From assembly GCF_002105155.1 (NCBI RefSeq), contig NW_019028994.1, forward strand, positions 558,001 through 622,000: 64,000 nucleotides of DNA, in the 5' to 3' direction. Origin of the DNA: Lobosporangium transversale (lineage: Eukaryota). The notes beneath the pieces were generated by a model. It worked only from the letters and a program-made list of their open reading frames with translations. It made no database searches and was not told the origin of the DNA. Both the position numbers and the translations under genes were made by a program. Shown here one piece after another: positions 1-10,537 of this stretch (positions within the stretch are counted from its first letter, which is position 1; every line of letters begins with the position of its first letter).

Positions 1-12
1 TTGCTCTTCTCT

Positions 13-427
13 CACAGGCTGGGACTTGACATTTTGGTTAAATTTCTAAGTCGAAAACACCGCAGGAAAGGCTCTTTTTTTTTTGTCATTTTTTTTTAAG
101 CAAAGTTTGCAGATCACAAGAAAATGGCCTACATGTGAAGCATGCTATTGTTTTTCTTGCTCTCATTTCACAACCTCATTTATTCATTACGAAATTTACC
201 TCCCATCATTCTCATCTTAAAAAAAAAAAAAAGCTCCCTGTGGTGTAAATGACTTGGAAATAAAAAAAAAAATAAAAAAAAAGAGCCTTTCCTGTGGTGT
301 GTTCAACTTAGAAATTTTTTAGACCTCCAGCCAAAATGTCACGTTTGGTCCCAGAGAAGTGTCTGCAGGAGCATGCCACGTTTGCCTTTCGGCGCGTGCA
401 TGTGCACATGAACTTCGCCCTCAGGCT
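13..427. mobile_element. Foldback MITE-like element, copy 1 (left end truncated); empty-site paralog of the element hosting the Crypton
   Basis: Internal inverted arms (~17-80 vs ~281-354: gacattttgg...aaatttctaagtcgaa...ggaaaggctc / gagcctttcc...ttcaacttagaaattt...ccaaaatgtc). Colinear similarity to 5199-5631 and 11067-11107. Ends in catgtgcacatgaacttcgccctcaggct. Confidence 0.75.
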
Positions 428-512
428 TGCACAAAACCAATATTATTGAGTCCATTCTTAACGTCCAAATGCCAAGTTTTTTCTTTATTACTCTCAAGCA
501 ATGAACTAGACT

Positions 513-769
513 TTATGGGGCAACTAATATAATTGCTGGGATATCTACTTGATCATCCTCCTCTTTTTCTTCATTGCCATCTTTTCTTTCTTTGCTGTCA
601 TTCTCCCCATCCTTCCTAAAGTTTGACGCGTCAAGGGTTTTCTCTAAAGCATAATTTTGCTTAGATATCACCAAGAAAGCACTGATACAAAAAATTATTG
701 TTCGCGTCTGAACACTTACAATATGAGCAACAGCTTCTTGTTCTTGGAATGAGGTATTAGACATGCTCA
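513..769 (-). CDS. Possible small protein (hydrophobic stretch followed by charged tail); may be a degenerate small secreted peptide gene
   Basis: ORF from ATG MSMSNTSF with hydrophobic IIFCISAFLVIS, then a K/E/D-rich segment. TATA-like tatttaaata at 861-870. No recognisable family. Confidence 0.25.
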
Positions 770-1387
770 TAGTGGGATGAATGTAAGGTGAAGAGTGGAT
801 GTGCACACTTTCGATTGTGTGGTGAAAACAAGAGAGTTAAAGAGATGAATAGTGTTTGTGTATTTAAATAATACATGTTATGTCACACTTGGGGGCCAAT
901 TTAATCTTTAATCGCATGGCGTCTTGTGCAACAAGAAAAAAAAATTTCTCACACACACAGCATAGCCCAACCTTGAAATAAAGGAACAAATTTATCAATT
1001 GTCGCTCCTTTCTTTAACTTGCTTCACTTCATTTTTGCACTCTCCTCTTCCTTTTCTTCCTTTATCCTCTTTTCACTTTTTTCTTATTTCCCCCCAGTTT
1101 TGCTCCCTTCACATATCTTCTCCTCTTCCTTTTTCATTTATTCCAAGCTTTCATTCATTGCCTTTCCTTTCCTTTCCTTCCTTTTTTTTTTTTTTTTTTT
1201 CTTTTTTCTTTTTTTCTTTTTTTCTTTTTTTCTTTTCCTCCCTCATCTTCATCTCCACAGCTTACATTGTCACAATTTTGAACCATCCTGCTACTGACTT
1301 ACCATACTTAACAATTTGATCAAACTTGTCCTGTTTTCTGTCCTCCGTCCATTTACACCCTTGTTTTTAAACAGTTTTGAAATCACA

Positions 1388-4344
1388 ATGGGAAGCGGAA
1401 CAACAACACCAAATGGTCCATCTAGACGTGGTTCGACTGAAAGAGAAAGAGAGGTTGAGAAAGAGCCAACCAACCTAAGGATTTATTGTATTGTTGGTGG
1501 AGAAGCAACGTCTTTTCCTGCAAATATCCCTTCTGATCGTTCAGTCGGCGAACTCAAGCAAGCCATCTATTCGCCTGCTAGATTTGGTGATATCCCACCG
1601 GAGAAGCTCACTCTCAAGCTCATCCCCGGCGGCACAACGAAGAAAGGATTGGAAACATTATCCGAAGAATCGCTTGTAGTGCTCGATGAACTTGAAGAAC
1701 TCAGCACTTATTTTCCAAAAGGTGCAGCAAAAGGTCGCATTCACATCATTGTCAAGCTGCCGCCGCCAGGTATGTATTTAGCTCTTGATGGACTGATGGC
1801 TGTTGATATTTTTAATTGACGAAGCTTATTGTCATTCATGACGTCATTGATGTAATTCAAAACAGCTCTTTATGTTTGAGATGTATCATGGCTAAACTAT
1901 CTAACCAGGGGCGGCTTTGGATTTCTTTATAAAAAGAATTTGAAAAGTCGCCCCATGGTTCGTGCCTATACTCTGACTCTCACTGTCCTCTCGCGAGTCT
2001 TTTTACTTGGGCTTATTTCGGCTCCCCACTGCCCTATCGCATACAAGTACTTTTATCAAGGCCCTATCTAACTATCCTCTTGTTTGTTTATTGCGTGGAT
2101 TTAAACAGCCCCAAGAAGTCCAAAAAGGAGCCTAGAAGACATAGAAGACGGAGGTTCAGAAGGTGAGTTCATCCCGCTCATAGTTTTGATGATTCTTGAG
2201 GAAGTTTGTTTATTTCATACTCACGTCAGTCTCGCTATTCTTTTATGCTCAAAGAGCACTTTACAAAGCGCCTTCGCCCCTCGGAATCCCCAGAAGTTTA
2301 TACTTTAGCCAATGGGCAGACAGTATCTTTACCCAAGTTCATGATAGATATGCTCAATGAGACCAGCCTCCAGCCGGAAAGTCGCTTGAATTTCTCATCA
2401 CTGAAGGATGTTAAGGTAGGCGAAGAGGTCGAGATAAGAAGCCTTGGTCGTAGCCCAAAGTTCTTTGGATTAGCTAGTCAGAATCTCCTTGTTACCGAGC
2501 AGATGATGGAATTATGGGAAGCGATGACCGAGTCTAAGTTTCCGTTTACAAAATGTTTGTCTGGCCCCATGGGAGTCGGGAAGTCCTATATAACCTGGTT
2601 TCTTGCCGCTAAGGCATATGCTCACGGCTGGCAAGTTCTTTACATCCCTGATGCAAAGAACTTTTCTGTCTGTAGGGCGGAAGATGACGCATCAGCAATA
2701 ATTTGTCAGATCTTCCTAGATCTCAATAAGGATATCTTGACTGCAGAAGAACTCTCCATCATGGCAAACCTTGAAAGCAGTGGATCACTTATTTCAACTA
2801 TTGCTAGGCATATAATATGCTTATTCCAACGAGGACGTCAAAAGACTCTCTTCATCGTCGATGAGCATGGTTCTTTGTTTTATGGTGACAAAGCAGCAAC
2901 AGATAGGTTTCCTGTCCTGTCTAATCTGGATAGCTTCAACACTTGGTTAACAAATGGTGGTGGAGTATGTGTTGTGTTTACGGGCACTGCGCATGGCAAG
3001 TTTGAAAGGACCATCCTCAGGGATCCAGACGAATATCTCGTTTATGTCGAACCTTTATCACAAGATACATTCGAAAAACTATTCAAAATTACCATTGCTC
3101 CCTTCGATTTGACATCTCAAAAGAGCCTCATGAGCCGCATGAACGCAATTATCGGGATTATCAACCGAGTGCCACGTGATTTGGTCAGATTCGCCAAATC
3201 AATTATGCTCATAAAAGGAGGACAGCTCACGGTGGAACAGATCGACGACGGTTTAGAAGCATACGACAGAAAATGCTTCGATTCCTATTCCAATGAAATA
3301 TCGGCTCATTTGAACAAGCTCGAAGGAATCTGGAAGGAAATAACTATCCAAGCGCTGACAAAAATGTTCTTACCTGGACGTCAGGGCTCACAACCGGGAA
3401 CTTTTGGATGGGAGTTCCTTGATACGGGGATGGTTTATCGGTCGACTAACGAGAGAAATGTGCCTGAATACCGTCCCATTAATTACCCTGCACAAAGAGC
3501 GATATTGAATTTATACAGAGTCATCCCATTGCCAGATTCTCTTCGAAGTGTACTTGCTTCTGGTAATTTTGATGGGAGCCAATTTCAAGAGGCCCTATTT
3601 CGGGAGCTTATTAGAGGATATTCTCATACATTCGAGTCAACAGATCTTGCAGGCGGAAACAAGATGGATACTATTTTCAACATCTCGGGATACGAGCTAT
3701 TAGGAAAGCCACCAAGGATGCTTGGAACTGTAGAAGAAGATGGCAAAAGGATCCTGATAAACGGAGGCTCGTATGCACGATTCGATTTTATATTGGGCTA
3801 CATGTTCATCCAAGTGTCGGTTAGTTCGTTCACGGTCCATAACGACCCAAATCGCTCAGCATGCATTGACAGGGCATTTTGGAAAAGGAAGACCACAGGC
3901 AAGAACCAGATTGAGGAATATTTGGATGTTGCATTTGGTGGTGTTCACCAAGCAACTATGACTGAAGAGCCTGCTGATGACAAGAACGACAATATAACCA
4001 GCAATAACAAGGGAAAGAGCAATAGGGGGAGAGGTAACAACCAGAGCGATGGCAAAGGAACCAATAACGGAGTTAAGAAAAGAAAGAAGGGAAATGATGA
4101 GGGTAGTGATAACAAGAATGGTGAAGGGAGCAGTAAGAAAAGAAAGACCGTCAAGAAGTTTGCGGTCACAAGAGATGGAAAGCCCTGCAATGACTTTCAA
4201 ATTGTCTACATCTGTGGTGGAAATAAAGCTGATAAAAATGCAGAGCCTCCTAATCACACAGGCAAAGTCACCGAATATCCTCAAGTCAGACATATATGCT
4301 ACGATGAACTCAAGTCGAAGTTATTTCGGGCTTATATGTCGTAG
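1388..4344 (+). CDS. Crinkler (CRN)-family effector: N-terminal ubiquitin-like header, P-loop CR-NTPase, PD-(D/E)xK REase-like C-terminus; 3 exons, ~841 aa
   Basis: Exons 1388-1769, 2109-2162, 2255-4344, all GT-AG and phase-consistent. Header IYCIVGGEATSFPANI...SVGELKQAI...LTLKLI...IHIIVKLPP has the CRN LFLAK/HVLVxxP equivalents. Walker A GPMGVGKS, Walker B-like LFIVDEHG, REase-like RFDFILGYMFIQVSVS, basic NLS-like KKRKK. Confidence 0.88.
1903..1965 (+). repeat. Hairpin-forming direct repeat, copy 1 (CRN intron 1)
   Basis: ggggcggcttt-ggatttcttt-ataa-aaagaattt-ga-aaagtcgcccc; its 40-nt core is identical to the copy at 4534-4597. Confidence 0.85.
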
Positions 4345-4533
4345 TCACCTAAATCAACTCGAAATTTTGGACAGTCAATAAAAGACTTGTATTATACATC
4401 TGCATCACAAAAGGCGCTATTTCAATCGCCATTGCCGATCCACTCAAGTATCCATTCATTCATTCATAGCTATGGGAGCTGTTCTGTTCAAAACTGTGAA
4501 TCCGTTTCATTGCTCCACCTCGGTGAAATGTTT

Positions 4534-4597
4534 AGCCGGGGACGACTTTGGATTTCTTTATAAAAAGAATTTGAAAAGTCGCCCCCATGGTCCGTGC
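4534..4597 (+). repeat. Hairpin-forming direct repeat, copy 2 (downstream of CRN stop)
   Basis: ggggacgacttt-ggatttcttt-ataa-aaagaattt-ga-aaagtcgccccc-atggtccgtgc; same orientation as copy 1. Confidence 0.85.
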
Positions 4598-6244
4598 GCG
4601 CCATAGAGATCCTCGCTCACTTGTTAAGGCGACTGTTCGATGCTTGTTGGTTTTCCAAATCTGCTCTGATTTCACCGCAATCTAGCGGAATTGATTAGCA
4701 TCCCTTGAATAACTGCCATCCAGAGGGACTACTTCGAATAGACAGTGTTGTTCAAAACAATAAAACTTGACTGAAAGTCTGCTAATCCTCAAATCATGAG
4801 GCAAATAATGCCTCTGAACGCTTCAATAGGATTATGGCGAGCTTTTGGGGTGCAGAAAAGACAAGATTGTTACTTTTGAGCAATGAAGGATATAGGATTT
4901 GTTCCTTGGAGGCACACCTTTTTGAAACCACGCTTGTTGCTAGTAAAAACACAAATGGTTCTCGTTTTCCGCATAATTTCAGCGCTTCCACAATCCAAGG
5001 GCTGTGATATAGCCATTAAATGCTACATGTTTGTCGAAGTATTGACACATCCCTTGCAAAAGTTCAGATGTATGCTAAGAATATTGTTTAAGGGACGTAG
5101 AGTAGTCAATAGCATGTGGCAGTGTTCAGGTGTTTATACAGTATCAGATGGGTTCACTAGGCTCGTCACCAGCCTGAGGACGAAGTTCATGTGCACATGC
5201 ACAGGCTGGGACCAAACTTGACATTTTGGCTGGAGGTCTCTTTTTTTAAATTTGATGAAAAATTTCCAAGTCGAACACACCGCTAGGAAAGGCTTTTTTT
5301 TTTCTAAGTCATTTACACTAGAGAAAATAGCTTTTTTTTTTTTTTTTTTTTTTTTTTCAAGCAAAGTCCTACAGATCACAGGAAAATGGCCTACGTGTGA
5401 AGCATGCTACTATTTTTCTTGCTCTCATTTCACAATCTCATTTATTCATCCGGTTACCACTACGAAATATACCTATCATCATTCTCATCTTTAAAAAAAA
5501 AAAAAATAGAAAAACTAAGCTATTCCCTGTGGCGCAAATGACCAAGAAAAAAAAAAGAGCTCCCGCGGTGTTCGACTTGGGGAATTTTTTCAGAGAAGTG
5601 TCTGCAAGAGCAAGCCACATTTGCCTTTCAGGCAGTGACCTGTACTGGTGTACTTAACATACGTATAAATCGCAATTTCATTTGGTCATGATACCTTATA
5701 TTTTTAATGATTGAATTGTTCTGGTGGCATTTCAATACGTGACGGACTTGCAACAATACTCGCAACAAGCGAGCCAATTGGCTGCCAATACACTCGAAAG
5801 TATTCAAAAAATATAAGGTATATATTTTACTATTTTACTATTTGGCAACCCGAGTTGTCACGCAAAAGAAAAAAAATTGAGAAAAATAATTAAGGGGGGG
5901 TTGTCAAATAGACTAATTCTAAATTTATTAGGTATCACGTGCACTGGCCATCGATTATATTGCACTACTACTTACGTATCATGCATTCAGCGTCCCAAGA
6001 AATGCACTGTATACCTAGGCACCTTTTTTTTCATCTTTAATGCTGATTGGCGCAAATGAGATCACGCCATGTAAGAAAAGGTTGATTTGTAATGTCAGGA
6101 ATGAATGAGGATGAAGCTGACAAAAGGAAAGGTGAGAACAATAAATTGAAGTTCATTTTGCTTCTCATTCTTTCATTCCTCTTTAACTAATCTATCTCAC
6201 AAAACCACGTCATTAGATCTACCCGCTTTCATATTACTTAAATT

Positions 6245-6907
6245 ATGTCTTCCTCTAACAACACTGCTTCCTCTTCCACCAGCCAAGTTGCTGGCAAAAA
6301 ACGCGCTCGTGAGGAATTGGAAAACGACAAAAGCGCAAGTCGCCAGACCTCACCTTCCCTAGAAGGTCCACCTGCTGCCCTAGCGTTCTACTATGTGTCA
6401 TGGGAACGTCCCACCAAAAATATACACGAACTCCAGGAGCTCTTTCTTGAGGGTCCATTCTGTACTTTCAGGGAGCGGGAAGACAGTGAGCTTTATCAGG
6501 ATGGCGATGAAGGGAGTCCTCGCAAGATCCTCTTTCTAGAGGGAGTGCTAAAACGCGATTTGTCCAGCAAACCCGTGACGCGTGGCATATTTGAGATTTT
6601 CGGGCTTCATGAACCATCGCTGATCAAGCAGCTGAAGCGTCGTGACCTCAGGCTGATCAAAAACACGGAATTGCAACGGTTAGAAGCGTTAGCTAGGGCC
6701 TCGCAACGTGCACCGGCTGCTGTCGTTTCAGTTGCAACAGAGACTGACCGTCCAGAGTCGACGCTAGAGATGTCAGAACGACAGCTCCGAACGGTTCTCA
6801 CTGAACTGGAATCAGTTAATGTGGACTCGCCTCGTAGCAAGCTTTTGCAAGAAAAAGCAGCACTGTTGTTAGATGTGTATAGAACCTTTAAACCAGTTGC
6901 GGAATAA
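6245..6907 (+). CDS. Hypothetical protein (220 aa) inside the Crypton, convergent with the recombinase
   Basis: ATG-initiated intronless ORF with protein-like composition, NLS-like KKRAR and a helical C-terminus. The stop codon overlaps aataaa. Confidence 0.6.
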   Translation: MSSSNNTASSSTSQVAGKKRAREELENDKSASRQTSPSLEGPPAALAFYYVSWERPTKNIHELQELFLEGPFCTFREREDSELYQDGDEGSPRKILFLEGVLKRDLSSKPVTRGIFEIFGLHEPSLIKQLKRRDLRLIKNTELQRLEALARASQRAPAAVVSVATETDRPESTLEMSERQLRTVLTELESVNVDSPRSKLLQEKAALLLDVYRTFKPVAE

Positions 6908-6996
6908 AGTGTTGTTTTCAAAAATATATATTATCATGAGTATAAAAAATTCGTACGGCGGTGCACTTTGGAAGAGTACATCAAAACCATAGCTTT

Positions 6997-9900
6997 TTAT
7001 TTGCCCTTCTTCTTTTGGATAGACTTAAAGTACGCGTTTGAGGACCCAGCTTGCCTGATTGCAGTATCCATTGTCGTTTTTGCCTTTATAACTCTGTCGT
7101 TCAGTGTTGGTCCTTCAGTCTTCAGGACCTCAGCCAGAGTAGCAAAGATAATTCTTCGCTTGAGCATATACTGGTTCCTAAGATTAGGATTCCAGCCTTT
7201 GCGCCAGTCCTTTTGGAACCTGTTCAAACTCCAAATCGATGGCTTTGCCCCCTGGGCCGTAAACCATTCATCCCAAAGAGGAAAAAGAGGGGTGACCCTT
7301 GACAACATAGAGAAATTTGGGGCTGCAGCTCTGACTTGGTCAATTGGGAGCTGCAAGTAAGTCTCTGCAATCTTATCCGCTAAACATTCCAACTTCATTG
7401 TTTCCATGGCTTCATTTATCCCTCCATCTTCCTCTTGTTCCTGCACCTCGGGGTCTACTTGGTCTAGTTGCTCATTTTGGCCTGGTTGCCCGTCTTGGTC
7501 TGGTCGCTCATCCTGCTCTGGTTGCTGCTCCAAAGCATCCATCCCCCTTTGTTCAAATCCCCGCGGCTGCTCCTGGAGATGCTGCCTTGGAGGTATATGA
7601 TGTATAAGGTCATTCAACTGTTGTTCTTGCTCTTTCGCTTGACGCTGCTCTTGTTGCGTCAGAATGCGATGCTCGTTCTCCATATCACTAGCTAAATGCC
7701 CAAAAGACCTGGCGGTTGTCTTCGTAAGGTCCGACATTACAGTTTGAAGCCCTTGTACAATGGTTATCATCTCACGATGCATATGACTGCATGTTCTAGA
7801 CCAACCAGCATTACTATTCTCCGCTGTAGCTTGGAGTGCGCCCATAAAATCATTACGTACGTAATGATCCAAAGATGACACGCTCGATTTGATGGCTTGA
7901 AGCTCTTGATGGATGACTGGAGCATTGAAACGGAGACTGTCGTTTGTTGGTGATTGTGTCTTCTGCATGGCATCGTGAAGTCGCAAAGAAAACTCTTGGA
8001 ACAGTTGCGACGAAAACACAGGGTTACTAGTGAAAACGTGGTGCTGGCTGTAGATACACAATGGATCGCCATTGCACGCCATCAGAGCAACTGCATCTTG
8101 TAAAATAACCTTGCGCAAGTGGGCTAGGATAAGCATGATTCGCATGGCTGGAATGTACTCAGCTGGATAAGGTACTGACTCATTGTCAGGACGATTCAGA
8201 TCTTCGGGACGATCCATCATAACGTTCTCCATCCATCTGGCCCAATCGACATTGTCTGGAAACAGCTCCTCAATGAATGGAAAGATTTGCTTCTGTAATT
8301 CAACAGGCGGTATAACGGTGTTCCGTGGAAGCCAGAAATCCTCATTCTCGTGGAGAAATCCGGCCATTTTAAATGGTACAGTCTGCGCTACCGGACTAAG
8401 GTAATGCGTTACCAAGCGGCGATGGTTCCAATTACCATGTTGGGCAATATCTTCGATGCTAGCCCCATTGGCTTGCGCATGTTGCGCCCCATTGGCTTGC
8501 GCATGTTGCGCCCCAGCCTTACGGCCACTATGAGTAACCTTGGATGATGTGTAATGCGCTAGCTTCATCACCTCACTTAGAGATCTGAGTATGGCTATGC
8601 TATTGGTTAGGAAACAGAGTAAAAAAACTTCATGTAATGGCGTATTTGCATTTCTGATAATTTCACTTGCCTGTAGAGAGTCGCAGCATCCATCGCTTTG
8701 TATTTGTCAGAGGCATGTACAAGGTACTGGGATTTCCAGTCATGCATGCGGAAATTTGGAGTAGATTCTTTCGTCTGTTGTGTAAGGTAAAGGGGTATTT
8801 TAATCATGGATGAATATTAATAGACAGCTTATATGCTGAGTTAATCTTCAACAGCAACCCATAGAAGCAGCCAATACGAACCATCCACTGCTCGAATAGA
8901 TAAAAAGCGAGGCATCCAACAGGGCAAATCTCTACGTCCTTGTTACGAATAAATACAGAATGGAGCGTATGATCATTGTTCATTATTCCTTGAGGGATTG
9001 CTATTACAATCCCAAGTGCGAACTGGTGTCCATTTCCAGCAGTCGCAAAGTGGTGGGGAAATAAGTGGCTCACTAAGGCATCTCGTATACTTTGTCCCCG
9101 AGTGATCATAAAATGATTAAATGCAAAACACAGACGATTACGCGCGCCAACTAGCTTCTGTGTCCTGGAGACAGCACTCAGATGCTTATAGCTCCTGCTC
9201 CACGAGATCTTCATAAATTTCTTGAACATAGATAGAGGATATCCCGCACCAACTGTCAGTTGCAGAACGTCCTGGGACGACGTTCTTTTGTGATGCCTGT
9301 AAATCAAGATAAGCCGGATAGAATAGTTGTAAGGCAGAGTTTTATGCAAGGCAGCTATAATAGAGTCACAATACCCACTATATTTTCTAAAACTTACTCC
9401 TTTCTATACCCGTCCAATAGCGCGATAACTTCAGGGACGCGTGTAGTACCTATCACATTTGCGGCCACGTTGTTATCCGAACACTGTTGAATGTAGAGAT
9501 CTCGAATTCCTTTGAGATAAAACGCGATCGTTGGGTAAGCAGGATAATCGCCTTCATAGCTTTCTGTCTTGTGGACACGAGCGGGCAACACACTGAGATG
9601 AGGGTTCTCTTCATCTATTATGACTTTTGGAGCCAAGAGCTCGCGGACATACACTAGGACCTTTTCACGAGTGACCGTGTTATCGTCGCTGTACCTCTTG
9701 CGCTCGCACCATTCCTTGGGATGAATAGAATGAATTATAAGCTTTGAGCTATTTCTCCATATGGCATATATCCACCTTGTATCTAGTGACTAAGGAAATG
9801 CTTACGTTCCAATGTTTCTGATAAGCTTTATACTGCTCTTGAGTGGACCTTGCTTGATTATTTTTACGGACGGCCGAGGCTAATAGTATTGACTCTCTCT

Positions 9901-10537
9901 CAGACAGCGCGTTGCTAAGGTCATAGTCAGCCTGTGTAAGTGGTCGCTGTGGCCTATGCTGTTGTTGTGTAACGATGGGCGTTGAGCTAGCTGTTGAGGT
10001 AATCGTTGCAAGATCATCTGTTCCAGCTTCGAACATATCTATGGCAGGGCGCTTCCGTGTTCCTGACTTTTCTTTCAACTTCCTCTTTAGCGGCATTACT
10101 GGGCAATAGATACAGCATTCAGCATTGTAAGAAGAGTAAGAGGGTTGATGGTCTACCAAATTAATTTTCAAAATAAAAAAGTGGGAGAAATGATGCTGGT
10201 TACCTAATTCTCCATCCTGTTCATCCTGTTCATCCTGTTCATCCTGTTCATCCTGTTCATCCTGTTCATCCTGTTCATCCTGTTCATCCTGTTCATCCTG
10301 TTCATCCTGTTCATCCTGTTCATCCTGTTCATCCTGTTCATCCTGTTCATCCTGTTCATCCTGTTCATCCTGTTCATCCTGTTCATCCTGTTCATCCTGT
10401 TCATCCTGTTCATCCTGTTCATCCTGTTCATACAGCACTGCTTCGGGATCGACGGCCTCATTCATCGACTGTAACTCTGCACTTTGTTGAAGAATGGCTT
10501 CAATATCCTCTGCCTCTGGTTCAAAAGTAACGTTCAT
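6997..10537 (-). CDS. Crypton tyrosine recombinase with C-terminal GCR1_C-type DNA-binding domain; 6 exons, ~1016 aa
   Basis: Exons 10537-10204, 10098-9806, 9714-9398, 9296-8882, 8774-8671 (GC donor) and 8584-6997 join in frame. YR/Ndc10-II motifs: ITRGQSIR, IRNKDVEICPVGCLAFYLF, VTHSGRK, HGNW, THYL, MAGF, PPVELQKQIFPFIE. GCR1_C-like LWDEWF...PSIWSLN...WRK...YMLKRRII. Confidence 0.88.
10213..10428 (-). repeat. Perfect 9-bp tandem repeat x24 encoding (EQD)n in Crypton exon 1
   Basis: catcctgtt repeated 24 times on the + strand; in frame within the recombinase N-terminus. Confidence 0.95.

Noticed and set aside
1903..1965. Known riboswitch, ribozyme or SECIS identity for the CRN hairpin
   Set aside because: I could not identify TPP-riboswitch, hammerhead (CUGANGA/GAAA), HDV or SECIS core motifs by eye; left unassigned.
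10213..10428. CRISPR-like array
   Set aside because: Contiguous identical 9-mers without spacers; a coding minisatellite in a eukaryotic gene.
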